58,287 bases of DNA from a virus. The stretch is taken from IMG/VR virus record IMGVR_UViG_3300045988_068176, positions 1-58,287 of that record; one strand, 5' to 3'. Shown in pieces: positions 15,368 through 25,700 of this stretch (position 1 is the first letter of the stretch; the number at the start of each line of letters is the position of its first letter). The notes under the pieces were generated by a model, which saw only the letters and a list, made by a program, of their open reading frames with translations, made no database searches and had not been told where the DNA came from. Position numbers and translations under genes: made by a program.

Positions 15368-16164
15368 GTGCCCTCCCTGAGCCGCGTCAGGCCCTTTGTT
15401 TTGATGATCTTCGGGTAGTTGCGGGTGGTAACGTTCAAGTCTACGTTGCCGGAGATGCCCGGAACAGAGCCTTTGCTGGTGTGCTGGTGGGCGTGGTAGA
15501 TGTAATTCACCTTGGGCGTCTTGCCCGTGTAGTCGGCCAGCCAGACGTCCCAGCGGCCTGCCAGGCGCTGCATGTCCAGCTCATAGCTGTAGCCCGTGTA
15601 GGTGTACAGCTGGGCGTAAAAACCCATGGCTTCCACCTTTTCCAGCGAATAGGCCACGACGTTGGTAAGGTCAAGGGTAGAGAGGGGCTTGAGCTTGTTT
15701 TCTTCAACGTCCACGCACACGGGCATTGTGAGCTCTTTGCCCCGCACCGCTTCCCGCACAAGGGCCAGCTCTGCATTGGCCATCGCCTCGCTGGTGGCGT
15801 AGGTGTAGTAGTAAACGCCAACGTCCAGCCCAGCGGCCCGGGCACCGCGGTAGTTGCGCTCAAAGGTCGGGTCGATGTAAAGACCGTCTGCCCGCTTGCT
15901 CATCTTCGAATTCGTGGAGACCGTTTTGAGCATGACACCTTTGTAGCCAGCCGCCTTAATTTTGCGCCAGCCGTCGAGGGTGATTTTGCCCTGATACCGG
16001 CTTACGTCGATGTAGCGGTAGGGCGGCTCACCCGTCCAGCCCGGTACGGTGTCCACAGTGGACACTTTTTCAGGAGTGGGGGCGTCCGGCTCCTCTGCCT
16101 TGTCTCCGGCAGCGCGGGAGAGGGCTGCAAGAAGCTTGGAGATAAAATCAAAGAGTGCTTTCAT
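15364..16164 (-). CDS. endolysin, GH25 muramidase
   Basis: YIDVSRYQGKI...GVMLK...DVGVYYYTYA...WLADY pattern of GH25 lysozymes. Confidence 0.85.
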   Translation of the reverse strand: MKALFDFISKLLAALSRAAGDKAEEPDAPTPEKVSTVDTVPGWTGEPPYRYIDVSRYQGKITLDGWRKIKAAGYKGVMLKTVSTNSKMSKRADGLYIDPTFERNYRGARAAGLDVGVYYYTYATSEAMANAELALVREAVRGKELTMPVCVDVEENKLKPLSTLDLTNVVAYSLEKVEAMGFYAQLYTYTGYSYELDMQRLAGRWDVWLADYTGKTPKVNYIYHAHQHTSKGSVPGISGNVDLNVTTRNYPKIIKTKGLTRLREGT

Positions 16165-16290
16165 ATCGTGCCTCCTTATTGTTTATTAGAATATTGTATT
16201 CTAGCGAGGGAATAACTTTCGATTCCCATGGTTTTCACCTCCATTTTGAAATTTTACAGATTATTTATCGACAGCGTATTGCGATGGTTC

Positions 16291-16326
16291 GCAGGCAGTC
16301 TTTCCAGCTGTCTGCTTTTTCTTTTT
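16291..16326 (+). terminator. plus-strand-oriented terminator inside a minus-strand gene array
   Basis: GCAGGCAG...CTGTCTGC stem followed by TTTTTCTTTTT on the plus strand only. Confidence 0.55.
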
Positions 16327-16338
16327 ACACCATCCGCT

Positions 16339-16785
16339 TTATATCTTGGTAATGGTCCAATATTTCTGTAGACTATAGATAAACTCTACACGGTATTGTA
16401 CGGTTACTCCATCCGCGCTTGTTGCCGTCAGAATTGTACTTACGTTCGAGTTTCTAGTATGTGAAAGAACACAGGTCGTATCGTTTGAGCTTAAGATGCC
16501 AATGCCAGATACTGCAGATGGGGCTGTAGTATTCCATGTTACTTTCTGGTTCGTCGCGTTACTCGGTGTAAATACTGCGGTGATGGTTGGTTTGTCGGCA
16601 TATTTGTCGTTCAGTGTCAGTGTAATTCCCGTCACCGCCACATAGCTCTGGTGCACCAGCCTGGCCTTCCCGCCGACGCCGACGTACACTTTCTTGACTT
16701 TTCTTGCCTTTCCGCCGACGCCGACGTACAGGGCCTTGACGTGCCGGGCTTTGCCGCCGACGCCCACAAATAAATTCTTTCCCAT
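16339..16785 (-). CDS. tail-fibre-associated protein with YVGVGGKARxVKx repeats and an Ig-like (Big_2-like) domain
   Basis: 148 aa; three 13-aa repeats then ITLTLN...VTWNTTAPSAV. Confidence 0.6.
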   Translation of the reverse strand: MGKNLFVGVGGKARHVKALYVGVGGKARKVKKVYVGVGGKARLVHQSYVAVTGITLTLNDKYADKPTITAVFTPSNATNQKVTWNTTAPSAVSGIGILSSNDTTCVLSHTRNSNVSTILTATSADGVTVQYRVEFIYSLQKYWTITKI

Positions 16786-16797
16786 TTTGATTTCTCC

Positions 16798-17217
16798 TTA
16801 AAGCCATCGGTAGTGCGGCTTCTCCTCGTGGAACAGCCTCCACCGCAGCGCGTCGTCCACAAAAATGCAGAGAACGCTCATCGCCACCCACAGCAGGCTG
16901 AACGGCAGGCAGATCTGTCCCAGCAGGTTGCAGGGCAGGCCCGAGTAGTCCCAGATGCCGAGGCCCAGATATAAATTCAGGATGATCCCCGCCACCAGCT
17001 CCACGGCGGTCACCAGGGCGCTGCCGCAGAGCGCCTGCTTCCAGATGGGCATTTCCCAGGGCAGGTAGTTGTTTAAGCCCCCGATGAGCACAAAGCATAC
17101 CCCGCCCACGATGCCCATGGTCCAGTGGGTGCGGTCCCGCCAGAGCAGCTCCACTCCCATGTAGAGCAACCCGCCCAGCGCCGCTAAGATGGATAGTTTC
17201 ACAAATTCCCGTTTCAT
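16798..17217 (-). CDS. polytopic membrane protein (PF06541/DUF1113-like)
   Basis: Start moved to MKREFVKLS; GGVCFVLIGGLN...GIWDYSGLPCNLLGQICLPFSLLW. Confidence 0.5.
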   Translation of the reverse strand: MKREFVKLSILAALGGLLYMGVELLWRDRTHWTMGIVGGVCFVLIGGLNNYLPWEMPIWKQALCGSALVTAVELVAGIILNLYLGLGIWDYSGLPCNLLGQICLPFSLLWVAMSVLCIFVDDALRWRLFHEEKPHYRWL

Positions 17218-17299
17218 CGCTCCATTGCTCCATTTTGAATTTTTCGCACAAGCCTTTCCTCTTTGCCAAGGGCTCGCCCTTTGGGAGAGCTGGCGAGCG

Positions 17300-17980
17300 T
17301 CAGCGAGCTTGAGAGGGCTCCAGCTTCTTTGCAATGACCTCCACCTGCTCTTTTGCCTTCTGCAGGATGTCCGCCACCTCGGCTTTCAGGTCCTCCGGCA
17401 GCTCCACGCCATAGAAGATGCCCTTCAGCACCTCAAGGCTCGTCTCCCGGCCGATCCACTGCCGCAAAGCGTTGTTGTAGGTGGTCTGCTGGGTGATGGT
17501 GCTCTGCTTTGCCGTGTACAGCGTCACGATGTCGGCGGCGGAGTACAGCTTGCACTGCTTCCCGTCCGCATGGTAGGGGTAGGCCGTGGCCCCCAGCATC
17601 ACCGCGTTGAACACACCGTCGATGTTGGATTGGTCGGGCACTTCCAGCGAGAAATGCTCCTGCGTCCCGTCCCCGAACAGTACGTCGATGCCCGCCGTGA
17701 TGGCCGCTTCGCAGGCGTCGGAGGCTTCCTCCAGCTTTTTCGCCCGCAGCGTTTCCATCTGCTCTTCCTCGGTGGGCGGGGTGGGCACTTCACCGTACTC
17801 GTATACGGTGTACTTCTCGTTTTCGAGGGAGATGCCCCAGTACGTCTCGCCCGGCTGTGCGGTCTCGTTGTGCTCGTTCACCGCCGCTTCCACCGCAGCA
17901 TAGTTGTCGTTCTTCTCTTCGTCCAATACGGGCACTTCGTAGCCCGGCGCGATCGTCTTCTCGTCCATGTCATCCTCCAT
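17300..17980 (-). CDS. DUF4376-like tail fibre accessory protein
   Basis: TLRAKKLEEASDACEAAITAGIDVLF...TLYTAKQSTITQQTTYNNALRQWI; start uncertain (18001 TTG, 17980 or 17968 ATG). Confidence 0.6.
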   Translation of the reverse strand: MEDDMDEKTIAPGYEVPVLDEEKNDNYAAVEAAVNEHNETAQPGETYWGISLENEKYTVYEYGEVPTPPTEEEQMETLRAKKLEEASDACEAAITAGIDVLFGDGTQEHFSLEVPDQSNIDGVFNAVMLGATAYPYHADGKQCKLYSAADIVTLYTAKQSTITQQTTYNNALRQWIGRETSLEVLKGIFYGVELPEDLKAEVADILQKAKEQVEVIAKKLEPSQAR

Positions 17981-17987
17981 TTTGAAC

Positions 17988-19019
17988 TTATTCGTAGACA
18001 AACAGAACTTTATTGGTCGTCAAGCTAGAGTTCGCACCGGGGTCGCTTGATTGTGCACCAAAGGTAAAACCGTTCGCGTTGCCTGCGCCATTAGCGTACT
18101 TCACGTTCAACTCGCTTTTCAGGATGTAGTCCAAATTGTCGCCTGACCAGACTGGAATCCACATATCACTTGTATTGTGATTCCGTCGTGCCGCCACTTT
18201 GGTCATACTTCCAAATGCACCTTGATTGCAGTATGCCAGATTCGACGCAGTTCCGCTGTATGCGCCATTCCAATAGGCCATAAAACCCATATCCGGCACA
18301 TACTGCTGGTCGGTTGCAGCATCTTTCCAGCCACTTGGTCCTACACTCGTCAGCGTCCGAGTTGCTTTGAACGCAGCGCTTCCAAGTTTCGCTTTAATCC
18401 AGTTCCAGAGAGCGCTCAGTGGCTTGCGGCGATAACTCACAGCAGACTCGTTTTCGCCATTAACATGCTGTCCAACAAAGTAATCTGAATCTTTAGGGAT
18501 ATTGTTTTCTACATCTAAGGCTTCAATAAGCTTATTGATGTCTAGCGCGTCCCCAACAGCCTTTGCATCTGCTGGAGCGTTTTCTTTACTTAAGGTCTTA
18601 TCTGTTCCAGCTCTTGAGCCAGCCAGTTCTGCGGCGTCCTCTGCAGCTTTCTGCGCTTTTTGAGCTTGTTCGCGGGATGTGTTGGCATCAATCCGACTTT
18701 TCTCGGCAGCTTCTTTGCTGGCGAGAGCGCTGTCTGTGTAGCCTTTGATAAGCTTTGTTGCGTCGTTGACGGCGTTTCCTGCGGCAGCTTCCGCTTTCTT
18801 ACGGTCTTCCTCCGACTTCTTTGCGGCAGTTTCCGCCTGTATACGCGCAACATCCGCGCCCGCAACGTCACTTAAAGTATTCAGCGTCTCCGCGTTCATC
18901 GGAGTGCCTTCAACCTCAGGTTCATCATTGCGAACCAACGTGACAACTTCCGATGTGCCGTCAGATTTTTTCATTGTCCATCGGCCTGGGTACTTTGCCT
19001 TGCGGTCAACAAATACCAT
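17988..19019 (-). CDS. tail fibre protein
   Basis: Start MVFVDRKAKYPGRW behind GGAGGTG; KYPGR N-terminus typical of Firmicutes prophage fibres; coiled Ala/Lys segment. Confidence 0.7.
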   Translation of the reverse strand: MVFVDRKAKYPGRWTMKKSDGTSEVVTLVRNDEPEVEGTPMNAETLNTLSDVAGADVARIQAETAAKKSEEDRKKAEAAAGNAVNDATKLIKGYTDSALASKEAAEKSRIDANTSREQAQKAQKAAEDAAELAGSRAGTDKTLSKENAPADAKAVGDALDINKLIEALDVENNIPKDSDYFVGQHVNGENESAVSYRRKPLSALWNWIKAKLGSAAFKATRTLTSVGPSGWKDAATDQQYVPDMGFMAYWNGAYSGTASNLAYCNQGAFGSMTKVAARRNHNTSDMWIPVWSGDNLDYILKSELNVKYANGAGNANGFTFGAQSSDPGANSSLTTNKVLFVYE

Positions 19020-19470
19020 AGTAAGGTTCACCTCCACAGATTGGCTCGTCGCAGTAAAGCAAATGATCGTTTGCGATTCGCTCTATCTTGGCCAAAATTT
19101 CTTCGATTTTATTCATGGTCTTGTATGCCAACTTATCCATGCTGGTTGGAGTGCTTGGCAGACCACCGGGGCCGCTGCACTTGGCCCGAATGTTAGATAC
19201 GTTCGATAGCCAGCGATTTGCGTCGCTTGTGGTCATGTATCCTTCCACCGTCCAGTTCGTTTTGATAGAAACAGACGCGCCAAGTGTAGCGGCAAGCTCG
19301 GACACACCACTTTCGATGCGGTTGTAGTCCATGTAGCTCAACGCACCTTTCATGCCAGCTGCCCATTCTATCCGCTCTTCTTCCGTCCACGTTCCAACGT
19401 TGGCTTTATCGTGCAGTTCGTTCACGCGGTCAACGTCTGCCTGCGTTCGGTCTGTAATCCATGTTGCCAT
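19006..19470 (-). CDS. tail-fibre-associated hypothetical protein
   Basis: 154 aa; DRTQADVDRVNEL...GALSYMDYNRIE pattern seen next to fibres. Confidence 0.55.
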   Translation of the reverse strand: MATWITDRTQADVDRVNELHDKANVGTWTEEERIEWAAGMKGALSYMDYNRIESGVSELAATLGASVSIKTNWTVEGYMTTSDANRWLSNVSNIRAKCSGPGGLPSTPTSMDKLAYKTMNKIEEILAKIERIANDHLLYCDEPICGGEPYYGIC

Positions 19471-19482
19471 AAAGTCTCCTTG

Positions 19483-22314
19483 TTAAGTAAGAACGTTTCC
19501 ATTAACATCAACTTCCAATGTGGCTGGAAGAGTAAATGCCGGGAGAACAGGATACTTTTTTGTGACATCAGAAATTGTCGTATATGTATAATAGCTATTA
19601 TTAGACTTGGACGAAGAAACAACAGCAGAATTGTTATACTTGAAAAATTCCGGATAAGCGAATGGCGTTGCATCAAAACATCTTGAGCGAGTCCATGCAT
19701 AATTAGAACTTCCGATAATGTTGTAAAGCATTTCACTGCAATTCGGCAAAGCCGTGCCCTCCTTAGTAATGCCAGAAACGTTAGAGCTCATGCCAAGTTC
19801 TGTTGCAGACAAGAGAAAAACTTTGCGAGATATCCAAGTGACCGCAGAGCCATCAGTCGTATGAGAATTGCCGTCATCGTCTTTATAAGTCTGAGGACCG
19901 GGAGAAACTCGGATGTTTGTATTCTTGATTTTACTGGAAATACTAGAGTCGAGCGTTCTGAAATATTCGCCGTTCAACCACTCGTCAATAGTGCTACCGG
20001 AATATATATTGGTAAAACGACTATCATAGGAAGCACTTTCGGTGCTCCACACATGCGAAAGTACAGTCTTGGAAGAACGAGCGAGCAAAGAAAGGCCTTT
20101 TCCGTTTCCGGGGAATGTTGGCCACTTAGAAGAAGCTTCTTCATAATCATGCTTTGCAAGAACAAATGCGGTTCTTTGATTGCTTTCTTTGATATAAAGT
20201 GTTGTTCCGATGGGAAGAGAGCCAATTGTAGCAGGGCTTGCAACGACAGAACAGGTTGATTTTTCCTCAGCAGCGGTAACGGTAATTGTTGCGCTACCTT
20301 TTTTGAGCCAGGTCACGCGACAGGTCGAAGAACCGTTGCTCTTGGCTACGATATCCAGCCGAACAACGTCAGAAGGAGACGCAGACCAGTTGATTTCAGG
20401 AGCCCCGTAGTTATTAGGTACAAACGTTGCGGTGATATCCTGCGGAGCGCCCCAACGAACGCCAAGAGCGCGTGTGCTCAAGTACAAAGAAGGAGAGTTG
20501 TTGACGACCGGGATTGACGAGCTGACAGAGCCAACGTATGCCGAAACGGTAGCATTTCCCTTGCGATTGTACTTGACCTCACAGGTGGATTTGCCGGATT
20601 CGTTTGTAAGAACGCGAAGCGTGACGATTCCTTCCGGCGAAGCGCGCCAGCTGACAGTAGGCAAGTCGGGGTCATAAGGCAGAAGTTCTGCGGTCAACAC
20701 CTTTGGCTCATTGTAAATCAACGACAGAGAAGACGAGGACAAAGACACGGACGAAACGTCTGCCAGGACATAGCCGGAAATCGTGCCTTTGAAACAGCCC
20801 GTATACTGGTATTTGCTTTCCGTTACGAAGACGCTGGATGCGTAGCCAAAGTTGTGATTGAATTTTACGTGGTCAAATGCATCGATGTGCGGGCTGGCGC
20901 GATACTCAAGTTCGACCTTTTTGCGGTTTGCTAGCATAGCATAAGCTTCAGTGATGGAGTTCTTGCTCTTGACAAGCATTGCTTCGGTCAGCAGCTCGTT
21001 GCTGACGGTCTGGGTGACGCCTTCCGCGTTAGAGCCTTCCGGGTACAGATGCTCTTTGCCATTAACGTTGCAAGACACATTCTTGACGCGGGACGCAAAA
21101 GAGATTTCAGGCCACTGGAAGTTATTGATAACTGGAATCTCGTATACTTCAGTTCCCTCTTCTGCGGTCAAGTTGACTCGCTCGATACGAATGTGACCAT
21201 CTCGCGTCTGGTACAAAGCCATACCCGCTGCGTTTGCGGCCAATTGCAGGATGTCTGAGTTCTTGTACGAAGTTTTTTCGGAAGAAATATCGGTGCTGTA
21301 TTCTTTTAGCTCTTCGGAAATGTAGAACGAAGGAACATTAGAGGGCAACGTCTCCAGTGCGTCGTAGCACATCTGATAAAGCGTGCCCGTCTTTCGACCC
21401 GTGTAGTTTGAGGTCATCATGAACTCAAGGGCATCACGAGCCGTGAAAGACGCTTCCAGGCCATTAGAAGGGACGCTCCATTCCGAAAGATAGAATTTGC
21501 CGCCATTAATCCATTGCGTTTCTCCATCCACATCCATGCCATAACGGACGTCCACTTCCTGCCGTTCATACAGATATCGAAACATGCCGCGAGGGTTGAT
21601 AGCATCCCACGTTTTTTGGCTGTTGTCCAAAGAGAATTCGATGCTGTCTTTAGGAAGCTGCGCCGAGATCGGGTCTCGGCTGGATGTGTGCGTGTACGAA
21701 ACAAGGTCTTTTTTGCTATATACCTTGTGAAGGCCGACCATGATCCATTCAATGCGAGCACGACGATTTGGAATGCTCCATTCCAGAATGTCAATGGCAA
21801 TGGAGTCGTAACCGTAAATTTCCCATTCGGTCTCAGAATAAACGCTTCTGTTGTTCGATACAGTGATGGTGCTCACAACGGAGGTTCCTTTATAAGCCGT
21901 GAGCTTGAATTTAGTTGCCCATTCATTCATCATGGACGACCAAACAATCGTCAAACCGGGAACGGCACGTGTGTGCACGCTGCCGAACGAAAGGATAATG
22001 CGCGGGTGGTTGGAATCGCTTACAAGCGTCTGGCTGATAAAACCAGCATCCCCATAGGGGACAGAATCCGGCAACAATCTGAAACTACCGTCCAGAACGT
22101 GCAGATTTGTTTCCCCTGTTGCATATTTCGTCAATACACGGTCAAGTTCCTTCGTGGTATTTTCGATATTACCAAAAGGAACCTGTGCAGTTGCGCTTGC
22201 GGTGGCATCCTCTTGAACGCCTGGTTCGGTGCTATTGTAAGAAATCTCAACAAACTCTTCCGGCACAAGAGTATCGTTGAACTTATCAAGCCATGCTTGA
22301 GATGGATGTTCCAT
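19483..22314 (-). CDS. tail-tip/receptor-binding structural protein with Ig-like repeats
   Basis: 943 aa directly after the Dit-like gene; two tandem Ig-like segments (LTAELLPYDPDLPTVSW / ITATFVPNNYGAPEINW). Confidence 0.75.
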   Translation of the reverse strand: MEHPSQAWLDKFNDTLVPEEFVEISYNSTEPGVQEDATASATAQVPFGNIENTTKELDRVLTKYATGETNLHVLDGSFRLLPDSVPYGDAGFISQTLVSDSNHPRIILSFGSVHTRAVPGLTIVWSSMMNEWATKFKLTAYKGTSVVSTITVSNNRSVYSETEWEIYGYDSIAIDILEWSIPNRRARIEWIMVGLHKVYSKKDLVSYTHTSSRDPISAQLPKDSIEFSLDNSQKTWDAINPRGMFRYLYERQEVDVRYGMDVDGETQWINGGKFYLSEWSVPSNGLEASFTARDALEFMMTSNYTGRKTGTLYQMCYDALETLPSNVPSFYISEELKEYSTDISSEKTSYKNSDILQLAANAAGMALYQTRDGHIRIERVNLTAEEGTEVYEIPVINNFQWPEISFASRVKNVSCNVNGKEHLYPEGSNAEGVTQTVSNELLTEAMLVKSKNSITEAYAMLANRKKVELEYRASPHIDAFDHVKFNHNFGYASSVFVTESKYQYTGCFKGTISGYVLADVSSVSLSSSSLSLIYNEPKVLTAELLPYDPDLPTVSWRASPEGIVTLRVLTNESGKSTCEVKYNRKGNATVSAYVGSVSSSIPVVNNSPSLYLSTRALGVRWGAPQDITATFVPNNYGAPEINWSASPSDVVRLDIVAKSNGSSTCRVTWLKKGSATITVTAAEEKSTCSVVASPATIGSLPIGTTLYIKESNQRTAFVLAKHDYEEASSKWPTFPGNGKGLSLLARSSKTVLSHVWSTESASYDSRFTNIYSGSTIDEWLNGEYFRTLDSSISSKIKNTNIRVSPGPQTYKDDDGNSHTTDGSAVTWISRKVFLLSATELGMSSNVSGITKEGTALPNCSEMLYNIIGSSNYAWTRSRCFDATPFAYPEFFKYNNSAVVSSSKSNNSYYTYTTISDVTKKYPVLPAFTLPATLEVDVNGNVLT

Positions 22315-22317
22315 ACA

Positions 22318-22692
22318 TCAAACCTCCACAAGCGCAAGTGCGCAATTAGTCCAGCCCATTATCTTGCCGGTTTTAGGCCCTCTACGCCACATACCAGCCG
22401 TTCGATCGGAAACATACATCTGCCGCGTCTCGTATGCGTTCGTGGCTTGGTTTAAAAACCGAACGGAGCAGTAAAACTTGGTAGTGAAGGGGCTAATGGC
22501 AGCGGCCCATTGTTCAGCAGTAAGGTAGTTCCATTTCACGGAAACTTTCGCCACGTCATGCCGAACAACAGAGCCGACCACCTTGCCCTGCACATTACGG
22601 CCAGAGTCAACGATCGTGCTGGTTGTCGCTTCATAAGAAGACGGCTCAGGCATTTCTCTGCCGTCAATCGTAATGAGCGCCGGAATTGCCAA
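22318..22692 (-). CDS. distal tail protein-like component
   Basis: 124 aa between the tape measure and the tail-tip protein. Confidence 0.55.
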   Translation of the reverse strand: MAIPALITIDGREMPEPSSYEATTSTIVDSGRNVQGKVVGSVVRHDVAKVSVKWNYLTAEQWAAAISPFTTKFYCSVRFLNQATNAYETRQMYVSDRTAGMWRRGPKTGKIMGWTNCALALVEV

Positions 22693-22706
22693 AGTGAGCC
22701 ACCTCC

Positions 22707-25700
22707 TTAGTAACTGTATGCTTCGTTGCCCATGATGGCACGCCCGCGGTCACTCTGCGTCTTTTCAACTGCGGCAGTAACCTGCTTGCCATCGATAAAC
22801 AACTTGATGATATTGTTCTTATCTTCGTGGCTGTAGCGCTGCTTATAATCTAACAGTGCGTTATACGCGCCGTTGTACACAGCTTCTTTGATTTCCGATG
22901 CACTGAGTTGCTGTGTTGCGCTTGCAGTATAGCTGCTCTGCAATCCGCTGTTTGCATCGTTGTATTGAGATGTTCCAGGAACATTGCTGTAATCAATCTG
23001 CCCCAAGTCGGATTCATCGTAGCCAGTAGAGCCATAGGAGCTACTGGAAGAGCTCTTTTTACCGCCCATGCCACCAGCGATGCTGGCAATGGAAGCAGCC
23101 AGGACAGCCGCAGCACCCAGAGCAACCAGTCCAGCGGGAATACCGAAAATGGTAGCAGACAAAGCCGCACCAATAGCGTTAAGCATCGCCACGAACGATG
23201 CGCCAATGGTAGAAATCAGAGTGCCCATAGACGCATAGATGGTCGGGAACGCGCTTGCAAGACCTCCAGACAACGCCGCGCTGATTGCCGTAGCGACAGA
23301 TTTTAACGGCCCTCTTACAGCCTGGAACGTTGAGCTGAGGGAACCGCCAAGCTGTTTGGTTTTCTGCAAAATCTCGCCGAATTTCGAGGTAATGCCGTTT
23401 AGAAGCTCGCCGCCAATCTGATACGCCTGTGCGGACAGCGTAGACAACGCATTGGTCAGTTGCGTGCTCAAGTCGGTAATCATATTGGTTGCGATAGTCT
23501 TGATTTGCGTGCGCTGCTCTTCGCCCATTGCGTGCCACAACACGGCAGCAATCGTCGTACCGATGGTCTTCACATCGCCACTTTGAGCGGCTTCCCAAAG
23601 GTTTTGAATGGTGCCAAAGAAATCATTCTGCAAGTTGGTATCGAGCTGCTGCCAAGTGCTGGTGAGAGTCTGGTCAAGGTTGTTTACAAAGCCAATACCA
23701 GTCTGCTTGCCCTGTTCGATGAACTGGTTTCCAGCATTGGTCACGCCATTGATAAGACCCTGCATGGCTTCATCAACATAGCCTTGAGCGGCGGCGATGC
23801 CGTTTGCAAGGCCCTGATCGACATAGATACCAAACTGTTCAAAAACCTTGGAAGGAGAATTGATATCAGTATCAGTTGTAAACTTGTCAATGATGGCTTT
23901 TGCAAGTCCACCAACAGTTTTCTTTGCGTTCTCAATGCCTTTGTTGATGCCATCAATCAAGCCCTGAACGATGTTTTTGCCATAGTCCAAAAATTTTGCG
24001 GGGAGATTTTTGATCGTATCAACCAAACTGTTCCAAGCCTTGTCCCAGTTTTCTTTGAATCCAGCCCACTTCTGGTTCCACCACTCACCAACGCCGACAA
24101 ACCACTGCTTCAAGCCTGCACTCGCTTGGTCAAGCGCCTGAATCGGATGCTGAACAAACCCAGGCAGGCTTTCCCATGCAGTCTGAAAGTTAGCGCTGAA
24201 CCCTTGCCACTTTTCATTCCACCACTCGCCAACGCCTACAAACCAGTTTTTTAAGCTCTCGCTTGCCTTGTCGAGAGATTCTGTAATTTTGTCCCAGTTT
24301 TGATAAATCGCAATACCGACATCGGTCAGACCGCCAACAATCAAACCAATCAACGCACCGATGCCTGTACCAATCGGGCCTCCAAGAGAGCCGATAATTG
24401 CACCAATACCTGCGCCAGTCATTGTCGAGCCAAGCGGAATCAAAATTCCATTTAACGTGTTTAAGCCATTCTTGACAGCATCATAAACGCCCGTTACAAA
24501 CATAGGTATGCCGGTTACTACTCCGCCAACTGCTGCTCCAATAATCGCGCCAGCAGTAGAGCCGCCAGCTGCTTTAATGGCCGCTCCAACAGCAGTATTG
24601 CCAAAGCCGGTCACGATAAACTGAGCAATTCCTTTGCCAAGAATGGCTGCGCCTGTAGTCCCAATCAAAGCGCCAAGAACAATTTCAGCAAAATTTTTTC
24701 CATTTACGCCATTTTCAATCGCGTCTTTAATGCCTGTAATCTCAAGGACGATGCCCACTGTAAAAACACCAAGACCCAAAACAATGGATTTCAGCGCGTT
24801 CATTTTGGAGATAGCGTCCACAATATCCGTAATAAGATTTGTAAGCTTCCAAGCGGCAAAAGCGGTTGCTACAGTCGCTATAAGAGGAAGCATAGCCTTG
24901 ATTTTCTGCTTGATAGCATCAATCTGCTTTGCAAACTCTTCGTTGTACTGCTTGAACATATCGTAACCGGACAGGTCTACATCGCCCAAGATGTTGCCAG
25001 CAGATGCACCGCCGCCAGAGCCAGAGCTTCCCTGTGTGGGGTCAATGATGTTCAGTTCATCAAAACCCATCGTGTAGTCCTTGAGGGCTTTGGCGGCTTT
25101 CTTGGTGGAGTCTGCCGTGTCATCCATTGCGTCACCGATACCGCCAACGCTATCAGCGCTCTTGGTGAAATCAGTAAACACGACCTTCACACCCATCAGC
25201 TTTGCAACCCACTCAACAAGCTCTCGAATGAGCTGAACAGCGGCAATCAGCGGGGGAAGAATGGATTTCATGGCGGGGTAAAGCAGAGAGCCAACAGACT
25301 TCGCCAGCATATCCAACTGCGCTTTCAGAATCTTAATCTGGTTCGCAGGGCTTTGGATGGTCTGTGCAAGGTTGCCCTGCACGTTGGCAGTCTGCTTCAT
25401 AATGGCAATGTAACGCAGAACCGCCTTATCTGCCTGAGACAAGCTAGAAACCTGCTTGTTAAAGCCCAAAGCAAGAAGTTCCTGCTGTAACCGTGCCTGA
25501 GACAGGTCAATGCCCAAACGGCGAATAGGCTCAATCTCACCAGAGATTGCGGAGGACATTGCGGTAAAGGTCTCTGCAACGTCCTTGTTCCAATAGGAGC
25601 CTTCGTCATAGGCAAGCTGGGTCAGGTTCTTAGACAGAATGTATGCTTTGTCGCTGGTCAGACCAAACGAAGTACCCAAGCTCTGGATGGTAGCCATGTA

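Noticed and set aside
17988-22314. A diversity-generating retroelement or retron near the tail fibre genes
   Set aside because: No reverse transcriptase-like ORF (no YxDD-type motif) appears anywhere in the six-frame track. I saw no template/variable repeat pair.
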